Assembly (NCBI RefSeq): GCF_006345805.1
Contig: NC_043005.1
Coordinates: forward strand, 6,138,001 to 6,202,000
DNA length: 64,000 nt
Source: Octopus sinensis
Lineage: Eukaryota
Reading direction: 5' to 3'
Numbering within the stretch: position 1 is the stretch's first letter; each line of letters opens with the position of its first letter. The notes below the pieces were generated by a model. That model was not told the DNA's origin. It was given only the letters and a program-made list of their open reading frames with translations, and made no database searches. Made by a program: the position numbers and the translations under genes. This document shows, in pieces, positions 49,082 to 63,495 of this stretch.

Positions 49082-51561
49082 TTGTGTGTGTGTGTTTGTG
49101 TGTCTGTGTTTGTCCCCCTAACATCGCTTGACAACCGATGCTGGTGTGTTTACTTCCCCGTAACTTAGCGGTTCGGCAAAAGAGGCTGATAGAATAAGTA
49201 CTTGGCTTACAAAGAATAAGTTCTGGGGTCGATTTGCTCGACTAAAAGGTGGTACATATATATATATACCTGTATACGATGGGCTTCTTTCTGTTTCCAT
49301 CTACCAAATCCACTCACAAGGCTTTGGTCAGCCTGAGGCTATAGTAGAAGACACTTGCCCAAGATGCAATGCAGTGGGAATGAACCAGGAACCATGTGTG
49401 TTTAATTGTCAAAAGATGACCATCTCCAAGTATAACAATATCCCTTAACAATATTTTGATACTTTCATCTTGAAGTAGAACAGTTTACATGTAATGTTTG
49501 TATTAACCTTTGCATATCAACCAGTCATGTTCTATGATTTGGTCAGATAGCAGGGGGAAGCTGCATGACCTCTCAAACCTTTTATTTTTCAGAGTCACCA
49601 GGGAAGAGAAGAAATAATTATCCTCAAAATGGAGACCTTGCATGAAGTCCAGCAACAAACCAAATTCCATTTAAAATACTCAAGGATTGGACAGGGGTTA
49701 AGCTGACTCATTTGGTACCAGTCCAACAGATGCCACTCCTGACTCTATGAGATAAATTTTATTCAAAAGTGACCCAAAACCTTTCGTCAGAATTCCTTAT
49801 TAATTTATGTTCCAAACACCGGCGTAATATTGACAAAGTTATTTTACTAAACTCCGCATTATTTTCAAAAGGAATTCAAGCAAAGACCATGGATTTCAAT
49901 AGAGGTACATAGCAGGCATGGCTGTGTGGTAAGAAGCTTGCTTCCCAAACACATGGTTCCAGGTTCAGTCCCACTGCATGGCATCTTGGGCTAGTATCTT
50001 TTACTATAGCATTGTAAGTGGATTTGGTAGATGGAAACTGAAAGACCGTTATGTGTGTGCATGTGTGTGTGTGTGTGAGTGTGTGTGTGTGCATGCATGT
50101 GTGTTTGTCCCCCACCACTGTTTGACAACTAGTATTGACATGTTTGCATCCTTGTAACTTAGCAGTTCAGTAGAAGTCACTGATAGAATAAGTATCAGGT
50201 TTAACAGAAAGGTACTGCAGTCAATCCATTCAACTAAGATTCTTCAAGGCAGTGCCCCAGCATGGCCACAGTCTAATGACTGAAACTGGTAAGAGAGACA
50301 ACATCAGCATTACAGCTTCAAACTCACAAGAATGCTGTCAAAAGTCTTTTTGGTAACCAATCCATGCCAACCTTCTGTTTTTCTGCCTCTTTCCACCGTT
50401 TCCAATAACTTATTCTGTTTATTATCAAAAGCTCTTCTTCACACACATAAAACACTTCTTGACACTCTTTCATTTCCTTTCATAAAATTTTATTATTTTC
50501 CAGATGAGCAGCTGGTCTCATGATACCACAACTTTGTAAGTTATTATTAGTAAACAGGTTATTTGGTCTGCGGTTAAAACCATCTCGATTATGAAAGAAA
50601 TTTGGCTGCTATTTTTAGCAGATTGAGCAACCCTGTAAAGGCTCCCTCTTTCAAGTCATCATATTTAATTAGTTGTGATAGTTGACAGTTCTTACAAGCA
50701 AAACAGATGAAAAACAGTAAAAGAATTCCGTTTCTGTTCTTACCCTATCAGCCAGCATCCTGAGGCTATTTTAAGTCAGCAGATGCCCTAAAAATGAAAC
50801 CCTGTATGGGGTCGCCTCTTGACTCACCACACTGACTTCCTCCCTATCATAGGTGACCCCACAAAACACTGAATGACTTGGAGACAATTAGGAAACGGAG
50901 TCAAAATAGAAACACAACCTGATGGGGGAATTAACAGATGTTATTGTTAGGAAATACGAGACTAATAACGAACCATTGAGAAGCTCAGCACGGAAACAGT
51001 AAATCATTGTCAGACTAGACATGGCTGTGTGGTTAAGGAGCTGGATTCACAACCACAGGGTTTATAGTTCAATCCCACTGAGTGCCAGTTTATGTAGTTT
51101 GTATGTTTTTTCATGGCTTTGAGTTGACCAATGCCTTCTAAGTGAGATTTGGCAGATGGCGACTGTTGGGAAGCCCATTCTATGTATGTGTGTTTGTATG
51201 CATATGCATGTGTATGTATTTAAAGTGCATGTGTGTACGTGCACACACACACACACACGCACACACACATATGTATATATAAATATATATATATTTCTTT
51301 GTTGCTCACAGGGGGCTAAACATAGAGCGGATAAACAAGGACAAAGGGATTAAGTCGATTACATCAACCCCAGTGCGTAACTGGTACTTATTTAATCAAC
51401 CATAAAAGGATGAAAGGCAAAGTCGACCTCAGCGGAATTTGAACTCAGAATGTAACAGCAGACGAAATACCGCTAAGCATTTCATCTGGCATGCTAACGA
51501 TTCTGCCAGCACACCGTCCTTAAATATATATACACACACACACAATCATACACACACACAC

Positions 51562-51593
<32 letters not shown>

Positions 51594-52373
51594 CCATACA
51601 TATATAAGCATATATATATATATATATATCACATAAAAAGCACCTATGCCAGTGTGATATTTAGAGCACTGCATGCTGGTGTCATGTAAAATGCATCCAG
51701 CCATAGAAACCATAACTAAACAGACTATTGGAATCTGAGCAGTTCTCTGGTTGGTCACTCCCGGTCAAACCATCCAACCCATGCAAGCATGAAAGCAGAT
51801 GTTAAATGATGATGATGTATATATATATAAATTAGATAAGGCCAGCTTATGGGATTACTTTAGGTTTCACATCCATAAAGGGCTTAGCTCTGTGGCTTAT
51901 CATCAAACCCCAAAACCTGTTGGCTGAAGGCCTCTCTAGATGTATCATTGTCATTTGAATGTCCACTTTCCTATGCTCGCATGGGTTGGATGTGTTGAAG
52001 CAGATATTGGAATGTGGACATGTAAAAGAACGCTAAGCATACCTTGGACAAAACATACAACTAAGTGCTATAACTAGCAAACTACAAAAAGATCATTACA
52101 CTCAATTACCAGAGAAAAGGTCAAGTCCTTGGTCACTTGGTAAGAGTGCAAGATAAGAAAAGACTTTTTCTCGAATCAGGGCCGGCTCAAGGTACCGGCA
52201 ACTCGGGCAGTTGTCCAGGGTACCATGTGCTTTTTAGTCAACATTTTCAGTTTTTCTCCTTGTGAAAGTTTAAAAAAATTATACTTGCAAGGACGCTGCA
52301 TGGGGCGCCAGCAACCTTAGGACCTGTCTAGAATGAAAGATAAATGGTAAATGCTTGAGAGGAAGATCTAGGC

Positions 52374-52961
52374 CAGTGGTTCTCAACCATTTTTTCATCT
52401 TTGGACCCCTTTGATTCCAATATTATTCCTTTTGGGGTCGATAAATTAAGTACCAGTTGCATACTGGGGTTGATCTAATCGACTAGCTCTCTCCCCCAAA
52501 ATTTCAGGTCTTGTGCCTAGCATAGAAAAGAATATTATTCAGGTGGACTTCTAAGGCTATTCGATGTTTAAAGACTAGTTTTATAGAGACTTCTTTCAAA
52601 ATTACTATTTTGTTTTTCAAACATTCACTTACATAGCTTGAACTATGTAAGATGTTACAGAATTTGCAATAATAAAATGAAGTAGCATGAAACAATTGTA
52701 CCACTCTACCTTGGATATCTTTGTTGCTTATTTTGATTATAATCACCCCATTTGATTTATATGGATAATACCATACAAAATTCTGGTGCCTTTAACTTAA
52801 GTACCATATTCATCTGAATATATATATATAAAGCAAAATTTTTCATGGACCCTTAAAACACTTTTATATTTCCCCAAATTTACTCTTTTTATTTGCATGA
52901 ATACCCGAAAAGTCTTATATGGACCATCAGGGACCATATGGACTTCAGTTGAGAACCACTG
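52374..52961. mobile_element. hAT MITE containing a SINE fragment
   Basis: TIRs cagtggttctcaac / gttgagaaccactg; TSD-like atctaggc / atctagag. Confidence 0.75.
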
Positions 52962-54175
52962 ATCTAGAGCAAACTGGTTTGATAACATCAAAGACTTGAT
53001 TAAACTGACATGTAGTGAATTGATAAGAATGGCAGAGAAAAGACCTGGATGATGACCCCTGATATTGAACCTGCTGAGAGCAGATGACACCGAAAATAAA
53101 CAAATAATGATGCTTCAGCAAATGGTTATAGTTTTAGAGGCACAACATTCTGTATATATATATCAGCATAGGTGCAAGCAGGCATATATATATTATATAT
53201 ATATATATATATCATCATCATTGGTTAACATCCGTTTTCCATGCTAGCATGGGTTGGACGGTTCGACTGGGGTCTGGGAAGCCAGGAGGCTGCGCCAGGC
53301 TCCAGTCTGATCTGGCAGTGTTTCTACAGCTGGATGCCCTTCCTAACGCCAACCACTCTGTGAGTGTAGTGGGTGCTTTTTATGTACCAAGGGAGGCTGG
53401 CAGTGGCCACGATGGGTTGGTGCTTTTTACGTGCCACAGGCACAGGTATCGTAACTACAATTTCCATTTGATATTTATTTTGATGTTGATGTACTTGACT
53501 CAATAGGTCTCCTCATATATATATTTTCTTTTGTACTTTTATTTGTTTCAGTCATATGACTGCGGCCATGCTGGAACACTGCCTTCAGTCGAAGAAATCG
53601 ACTCCAAGAATATTCTTTGTAAGCTTAGTACTTATTCTATCAGTCTATTTTGCCAAACCACTAAGTTATGGAAACGTAAACATTCCAACATCAGTTGTCA
53701 GGCAATGGTGAACAGACAAACAGACATATAAACATACACACACACACACACATATACGATGGGCTTCCTTCAGTTTCCATCTACCAAATTCACTCACAAG
53801 GCCCAAGGTTACAGTAGAAGACACTTGTCAAAGGTTCCACACAGGAGGACTGAACCTGGAACCATGTGGTTGGGAAGCAAGCTTCTTGCTACACAGCCAC
53901 ACCTGCACCTATATATATATATATATATATATATTTCTTTATTGCCCACAGGGAGCTAAACATTGAGGGGACAAACAAGGGCAGACAGGGGAATAAGTTG
54001 ATTATATCAACCCCAGTGCATAACTGGTACTTTATTTATTGACCCCGAAAGGATGAAAGGCAAAGTCAACCTCGGCAGAATTTGAACTCAGAGTGTAGCA
54101 GCAGACGAAATACGGCTACGCATTTCACCCGGTGTGCTAACAATTCTGCCAGCTCGCCTTGTTTGTTTGTATGTA

Positions 54176-54207
<32 letters not shown>

Positions 54208-54930
54208 TGTGTGTGTGTTGTGTGTGTGTGTATGTGTGTATGTATGTACATGAGGACCTCCATTGGTCAATGTTGGCTGTCCATCTGCACCTGCTTGTTT
54301 ACATTTAGTGGGGAAGGGGGGCTACAAAAGTTGTCTTGTTGACATTTCTCCTGTCAACAAATCCCTTCCTCCCGTTGCATCTTCAAAGACGAATGTGAAG
54401 AAGGGATCCGTTACTTGAAAAATAGACAAGGGTTAGTGACAGGTAGAGCATCTGGCTGTAAAATAATGCCTCAATAATACATTTGTCTAACCTGTTCCAG
54501 CATGAGGAAGTGGTCAGCAAAATGAACAAAAAGTACAGACATATAAATATATCCACTATGAATGTGTATGGTCATACATAGACATACACACACACACACA
54601 TGTATGGTCATGCGTATGTCCATATCTTTTGTCATTTGCTTGTTCAAGTCACTGGACTGTGGCCATGCTGGAGCACTGCCTTGAAGGGTTTTAATCAGAC
54701 AAATTGACCCCCCCACCCCAGTAGTTGTTTTAAGTCTGGTACTTGTTCTATAAGATTCTCTTGCCAAACAGGCTTCCTCACAGTTTCCACCTACCAAATC
54801 CACTCACAAGGCAGTGGTCGGACCAGTGCTGTAATAGAAGATATTTGCCCAAGGTGCCACGCAGTGGGACTGAACCTGAAGCCACATGGTTGAAAAGCGA
54901 AGTTCTTAAGAACAACACCATATATAAATT

Positions 54931-54961
<31 letters not shown>

Positions 54962-56778
54962 CTACAAAACAGATTTAGTTTCCATCTGGTTTGATTTTGT
55001 AATTGTTTATACAAATATAAACAAAATAAATACACCGTATGCACACACACATTATATATACACACACACACACATTCTGTTTGAAACCGCATCTTATGTA
55101 TGTATATGCATCTATATATATATGTGTGTGTGTGTGTATATATATATGTATCAGTGGAAAAAATGGTGTGTGTGTGTGTGTGTGTTCAAATAATAAGTCC
55201 CAAAATAATAAAACAAACAACGGTAGGTAATCAGTTGTTGTCCCCTGTCAGAGCCTCCCAAGTAAATGCCAACATTTGGAAATAATCCACTTTTTAAGAC
55301 TAGAAATAAATAAGCTATTAACAGAGATAGCATCAGCTATTGACTAGTTGAAAAACCTATTTTAGGCTGACAAATAAAGGAACAACAGCCCCATTTTTGA
55401 GGACTTAAGCTCTATTTTTAGGGTGTGTACTCTTAACCCTTTCATCACCATATTTGGTAAACATATCTGTTGCGAAACACTGCTTTTGTTCCAATTAATT
55501 TTGAAAATAATGAAGAATTTATTAAAATAACTTTGTCATTATTCAGCTTGTAATTGGAACATTGATTAACATGAAATAATGAATACTTTACTCTTTACTC
55601 TTTTACTTGTTTCAATTATTTGACTGTGGCCATGCTGGAGCACTGCTTTTAGTCGAGCAAATCGACCCCAGGATTTATTTTTTGTAAGCTTAGTACTTAT
55701 TCTATCGGTCTCTTTTGCTGAACCACAAAGTTACAGGGACGGAAACACACCAGCATCGGTTGTCAAGTGATGTTTGGGGGACAAACACAGACACACACAC
55801 ACATATATACACACACATGCATATATACATATATACGATGGGCTTCTTTCAGTTTCCGTCTACCAAATCCACTCACAAGGCTTTGGTCAGCCCAAGGCTA
55901 TAGTAGAAGACACTTGCCAAAGGTGCCACAAATGGGACTGAACCAGGAACCATGTGGTTGGTAAGCAAACTATTTACCACACAGTCACTCCTAAAAATAA
56001 TTTTGTCTTTATTTAGCTGGTGTTTTGGGAACTTAAATTGACATGATGGAAGGTTTTAAATTAGGTCACTTTAACCCTTTTGTTACCATATTTCTGTTAA
56101 TATAAGGTACCTTTCCTTCAATTAGTTTTGAAAATAATAAAGAATTTAGTAAAAAATATGGTTATTCTTAAGCCAGTGTTTGGAACATAAATTAACAAGA
56201 AATTTTGGACAGAGAGGACAAACAAGGACAGACAAACGGATTAAGTCGATTACATCGACCCCAGTGCATAACTGGTACTTAATTTATCGACCCCGGAAGG
56301 AGGAAAGGCAAAGTTGACCTCGGCGGAATTTGAACTCAGAACATAACGGCAGACGAAATACGGCTATACATTTCGCCCGGCGTGCTAACGTTTCTGCCAG
56401 CTCACCGCAGTCCGCCAACCTATCTAGGCTGACACAGTACCCTTGATTTTGTACTGACTCTGACTGTGACGACCTCTCTGACCCATACCAGCATGGAAAG
56501 CAGATGTAAAACAATGATGATGATGATGACATAAACATTACCCTGGCAAAGCTCTATAAATCTAATCCTTGACATGAGGACTTGTTTGAGGACAGAAGCA
56601 TAAACTTAAATCTGGCTCTAATTATGCTTACAGTTTCTTTATCTTTGTCACGGTGGTGGAGGTGGTGGCGGTGGTGGTGGTGTCAATGAGATTTCAAGAG
56701 TTTAATGAAGTCTCCAGACGTGAAACAGTCCAAGAATTGGATAATAAACCACTTCACAGCAGCAAATATGATTGCGGA

Positions 56779-56857
<79 letters not shown>

Positions 56858-57051
56858 TGTGTGTGAATCTTTATATCTAAGTGTATGTGTGTGTGTGTGT
56901 ATATATATATATATACACACACACACACATATGTATGTATGCATACACAAACACACAACAATAACAACAACACACACATCATTATCATAATCATTTTATG
57001 TCCATGTTACATGCTGGCATGGGTTAGATTATAATCCCTCTCTCTCTCTCT

Positions 57052-57091
<40 letters not shown>

Positions 57092-58855
57092 GTATGTGTG
57101 TGTGTGCGTGCATATATGTATATGGATAGATAGTGGTATAGAGGAAGGGATTTTATAATGCCTGTGTGCAAACAGCTATGCTACATGGCAATGAAACATG
57201 GGTTGTGACAGCTGAGGTATGTATGTGTGTGTGTGTGTGTGTGCATTTGTGTCCTAATGACTCTGCATAGTGTGACAGCAGTAAAATGTCACCATCATAC
57301 AACAAGTGTTGTTTGTTTCCAGTCTTCCATGAAAACATGTCTGGCCATGGGGAAATATTACTTTGCTTGGAAACAGGTGAAGGTTGGCGACAAGAAGAGC
57401 ATCCAGACAGAAAATCTACCTCATTTTTATCTGACCAAACAAGGAAAAAATAGATGCTGCTGATGATATATATATATATATATGCTCACGCTCAATGCAT
57501 ATATACACTGATGATGTAAACACATACACACACACACATTCATCAACAAATACCATCACACACACACATACACACACACACATACAGAGTTAAACGTGGG
57601 TTAACATATTTAATCTAGGGAACCAAAAGGAATTTTTAAATAACTGAAATTAAACAGTTATTAAAATAAGGAGGAAAATCGTTAACTTTCCTGACAATTT
57701 TTGTAAGGGAGACAAAACTGATGAAAAATGAAAAGGTTGGTAATGACTGGCCAAAGGCTCAGATGAGCACTTTTTGCTGTTTGGCATTTTAAAAACTTTT
57801 GGAGAATATTAGAAAATCATTATCAGGCGTGTATACAGACTCCTTCAAAATAAACACCAGGAAATATTTTCTTAGCAACTGATGCTTAGTTAAGATAACT
57901 ATTTCTCTCTGAAAATGTTGATGGGCTTCACATAAGAACATTGCCATAAATGCACACACATATCTGGGAATATAGAACTATACACACAAACACACACATG
58001 CATACATCCAAACACAAACTTATACAAAACGATATTTATACACATACATATGTGAATACATTATATACATACATATAATTATAAACATAGGTATTCTATA
58101 TATATATATACACACCTTCTATAAATAGACATTCTATGTTTATAATTTCACATATGGAAACATTGAAAATTCTCAATGTTGAGTTTGATATGAAGATAAA
58201 CCCTGTCAAATAGAGTCATTATTTATTATCAATGGGTGAATATTTCCACATTTACGATTGAAAATCAGGTTAGCTTTCAACAGCTAGGTGGACTGAGGCC
58301 ACGTTGAATAATGTAGAACAAGAAATGGCCAACTGGAGCAGATATGATACCATGGTCCATGAAATGGTATTCCAAAACCTTCAACCCGCTCAGCTATTCT
58401 TTTCTATAGAGATCTATATAAAAGTGTGTGTATGAGTACAAACACACACACATCTTCGTTGTTTATATCATTATTTCAATGTTCATATCTCCATGCTTGC
58501 ACAGATCAGAGGAACATGCAAAGGCAGACTGTCTTTGGCTCTTCCTGGCACAAACAATACAATGATCCAATGTATTTTCACAGAAGATTGCAAACAAATG
58601 ACTTGTTTTGTTTAGAACTGCTGTACACTGTCAACAAAAAACAAAGAAAACACAGCGACAGGAACACATTGAATGCACTTCATCCCATTTCTCTCCACCA
58701 GATTTACTCACAAGGCTTTGGTTGGGTTAGTGCTGTAGTAGAAGACACTTGCTGGAGATGAGACAATTTCTCTGGCATCAGAGAGAAATCGCTCAACTTT
58801 CTGAACACGACTGACAGAAATGCTTTCCTGTCCTCAAACACATAAAGAGAAATAT

Positions 58856-58910
<55 letters not shown>

Positions 58911-61089
58911 CATTAAAAGGAGAGAGACACTAAACTATCTGATGTCATGTAAATTGCATCAGATAGCAACACCAAATACGTGGTACCAAAATGGTTTTTA
59001 CCAAAATGTATCAAAATACCCCTGTAAGTAATCACTCAAGTCAAACCAGCATCTGGGACTAAATTGTTCTGGCCTGATAGCATGTATATTATGGTGGTGA
59101 CCTGGCACCATCGTTAGCATGCTGGGCCAAATGCTTTGTGGCGTTTCATTTGTCTTCACATTCTGAGCTCAAATTTTGCTGAGGTTGACTTTGCCTTTCA
59201 TCCTTCCAAGGTCAATAAAATAAATACCAGTTGGGTACTGGGGTTAATATAATCGACTTAACTACTCCTCCATATAACTATGCCTTTACCTCAATTCACT
59301 TACAGAATAGCTTCAGTTTGTTCCAGAAGCTTGCCATTAAACTGTGGCACCATAGGCTTATTGCTTGACACAAAATCCCTGCAGGAAATGAATGAGTGTG
59401 GTGTAAAAAGGAACTAGAATATCTGACCCCTGTCTATTACTGACATCAATAGAAACCTGCTCAGTGTTGCTTCACATTGGTTAACTTTAAGAAGAGATCA
59501 TCATCGTCATTTAATGTCCATTTTCCATGCTGGCATGGGTCAGATGGTTTGACAGGAGCTGGTAAGCTGAAGGGCTGCACTAGGCTCCTGTCATCTGTTT
59601 TGGTATGAAGTAATAACTGAGTATAACAAAAAGCTGCACCGTTCTGCCAAGCCAAGTAGAGCCAGGGTGGTAGAGTAGGATTATCAAACCAGTTGGATCT
59701 CAAGCTCAAATTCATGGCCTCCATGGAAGACCATGTTTAGTGGAGGGAACATACTGAGGTCTTCATCCATGGCAATCCAATCCAATGCAAGTATATTTAA
59801 AATGGGGTGGGGGCATTAAATTATATTAAATGTGTGTATAGGGGGAGGGCAGCATTGAAAAAGCGTTCGTAAAAGAAAAAAAATGGGAGAAGGAGTTGAA
59901 AAGTTTAAGAAGCACTAAACTGGAGAATGGATTTGAAGAACCTGATTGTTACTAGCGCCACCTTACTGGCACTCGAGCCCCATGCTAGTAGAGTGTTAAG
60001 AGCACCATCTGAGTGTGATCATTGCCAGAGCGGCTATCTGGCCTCCATGCTGGTGGCACGTAAAAGGCACCATTTGAGCATGATCTTTACCAGCATCGCC
60101 TTACTGGCACCTGTGCCAGTGGCATGTGTAAAAGATTCGAGTGAGGTCATTGCCAGTACTGCCTGACTGGCCCCCATGCCGGTGGCACATAAAAAGCACC
60201 CATTACGCTCTCGGAATGGTTGGCGTTAGGATGGGCATCCAGCTGTAGAAATTTTGCCTGGTCAGACTCTGGAGCCTGGTGCAGCCATCTGGTTTGCCAG
60301 CCTTCAGTCAAATCGTCCAACCCATGCTGGCATGGAAAGCGGATGTTAAACGATGATGACGATGATGGTGATGATGATGCGGATGTGTTGTGTGAATAGA
60401 TTTGGTTGTGGTTGATTGTAGGAACCACAAGACAGAAGATGTAATAGATAGCAGTGTTGCCACCCTCAATGAACATCCACCCACCTATCCACTGATCTAT
60501 CTGGCAAATAACACAACAGCACAGCTATAGCAAAGACAAACACAACAGCAACATCATCATCAACAACCTACAAAACAACCGCACGGACTCATGAAATGCC
60601 GTTTCTTCTTTTGTTTTTCTTTAATTCTTTTTACTTGTTTCAGTTTCTGACAGCCGCCATTATTGTTTTTTGTCCCATGATGATGATGTATTTCGCAAAA
60701 ACAGATTAACCGTGAGTTTTAGGTTAAACCAACAGAAGAATATCCACAACCAAAACACTGGCAGCCAATTGATTTGTCTTTTGTTTCATTTCTTTATTTT
60801 TCAATCACAACTTTTAAAGGAATTAAGGTTATAAATCGTTTCTAAAGTTTGAAAATAGTTGAAGGATTATTTATCTTGACATTTAAATGCACAACTGTCT
60901 TGTAATTCCTCCAGTGCCTTCCTTAGCGCTACCACCAATATTTTGTATATAAACAAAGTCTATGTTGATAACACTTTCAAGTAAACAGCGAACGTGAAAT
61001 ACCCTTGAAATGAAGAATTTGTAGTTGAGTGTTTTTCTTAGAAGAAGAGGAAAAGAAAATGAAGGAACTCTGCCAAGAAATCAGAATCA

Positions 61090-62882
61090 ACAAGTAATCC
61101 TTTCTACTATAGGCACAAGGCCTGAAACTTTGGGGGAAGGGGGGCAGTCAATTATATCACTTCCCCCAGTGCGTAACAGGTACTCCTTTTATTGACCTTC
61201 ACAACATTTGAACTCAGAATGTAAACGGATGAAATGCTGCTAAGCATCGTGTCCAGTACGCAGAAGCTTCTGCCAGCTCATAGCCTTAATAATAATAATA
61301 ATAATAATAATCCTTTCTTATTTCTTTATTATGCACAAGGGGCTAAACATAGAGGGGACAAACAAGGACAGACAAACGGATTAAGTCGATTACATCGACC
61401 CCAGTGCATAACTGGTATTTAATTTATCGACCCTGAAAGGATAAAAAGCAAAGTCGACCTCGGCAGAATTTGAACTCAGAACGTAAAGGCAGACGATATA
61501 CTGCTAAGCATTTCGCCCGGTGTGCTAACCATTCTGCTAGCAGCTCACCACCTTAAATAATCCTTTCTGCTCTAGGCACAAGGTCTGAAATATTGGAGGA
61601 GGGGGCACTAATCAATTACATCGACCCCAGTTCTTATTTCATTGACCCTGAAAGGATGAAAGGCAAAATTGATATTGACAGCATTTGAACTCAGAATGTA
61701 GACGGACAAAATACCGCTAACCATTCTGCCAGCTCACAGCCTTAATGATGATGATAATAATAACAATAATAATAATAATAATAATAAATAATAATAATAA
61801 TGATAATGATCTCAAATTTTTGCCACAAGGGCAACTTGGGGGAGGGGATTAAGTCGATTACATTGACCCCAGTGTGTAACTGGTACTTATTTTATAGACC
61901 TCGAAATAGTGAAAGGCAAAGTCAACCTCAGCGGAATTTGAACTCAGAACATAGTGGCAGATGTAATAAACACTAAGCATTTCGCCTGGCATGATAATGA
62001 TTCTGCCTGCTTACCGCCTTAATAATAATAATAATAATAGTAGTAGTAGTAGCGGTTTCAAATTTTGGCACAATGCCAGCAATTTCTGGGGAGGGCATAA
62101 GTCAATTACACTGAGCCCAGTGTTTCACTGGTATTTATTAATCTATTGACCCAGAAGGATGAAAGGTAAAGTTGACCTCAGTGGAATTTGAACTCAGAAC
62201 ATAAAGACAGAGGAAATGCTGTTAAGCACTTTGCCCAGCATGCTAATGATTTTGCTCACGACCCCTTGATAATGATAATAATAATAATAATAATAATAAT
62301 GATAATAATAATGATAATAATAATAATATAATAATATAATAATAATAATAATAATAATAATGATGATAATAATAATATAATAATAATAATGATAATGATC
62401 TCAAATTTTTGCCACAAGGCAACTTGGGGGAGGGGATTAAGTCGATTACATTGACCCCAGTGTGTAACTGGTACTTATTTTATAGACCTCGAAATAGTGA
62501 AAGGCAAAGTCAACCTCAGCGGAATTGAACTCAGAACATAGTGGCAGATGTAATAAACACTAAGCATTTCGCCTGGCATGATAATGATTCTGCCTGCTTA
62601 CCGCCTTAATAATAATAATAATAATAGTAGTAGTAGTAGCGGTTTCAAATTTTGGCACAATGCCAGCAATTTCTGGGGAGGGCATAAGTCAATTACACTG
62701 AGCCCAGTGTTTCACTGGTATTTATTAATTTATTGACCCAGAAGGATGAAAGGTAAAGTTGACCTCAGTGGAGTTTGAACTCAGAACATAGAGACAGAGG
62801 AAATGCTGTTAAGCACTTTGCCCAGCATGCTAATGATTTTGCTCATGACCCCTTGATAATAATAATGATAATAATAATAATA

Positions 62883-62915
<33 letters not shown>

Positions 62916-63430
62916 TGATAATAATAATTATAATGATAATAATAATAATAATAGTAATAATAATAATAATAATAATTATTATTATTATAATGGTTTCAAA
63001 TTTTGGTACAAGGCCAGCAATTTTGGGGAGGATGTTAAGTCAATTACATTGACCCCAGTGTTAAACTGGTACTTATTTTATTGACCCCAAAGGATGAAAG
63101 GCAAAGTCAACCTCGGCAGAATTTGAATTCAGAATGTAAAGACAGAGACGAAATACCTCTAAACATTTCGCCCCGTGTGCTAACAATTCGGCTAGCTTAT
63201 CACAGTAATAATAATGATGATAATGATAATAATAAGACATAAGGCCTGGAATTTGGAGGAGGTGGGGGTCGTCAACTACATCAACCCCTGTACGCAACTG
63301 GTACTTAATTTATCAACCTCGCAAGGATGAAAGGCAAAGTCGACCTTGGCAGAATTTGAACTCAGAACGTAGCGGCAGATGAAATACTGCTAAGCATTTC
63401 ACCTGGCATGCTAACGATTCTGCCAGCTCG
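61090..63430 (-). repeat. Head-to-tail array of about nine copies of the same SINE with (AAT)n spacers, including a 589-bp tandem duplication
   Basis: Repeated gatgaaaggcaaagtcgacctc...gaatttgaactcagaa; block starting 61811 recurs at 62400. Confidence 0.85.
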
Positions 63431-63452
63431 CTGCCTTTTAATAATAATCATG

Positions 63453-63495
<43 letters not shown>

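Noticed and set aside
50744-50787. AG/GT-bounded segment on the minus strand
   Set aside because: Stops in all three frames and no other support.
59020-59073. 54-nt pseudo-exon beginning GQ and ending YRG, as a mutually exclusive partner of the 84-nt exon
   Set aside because: In-frame TGA, weak polypyrimidine tract and weak donor.
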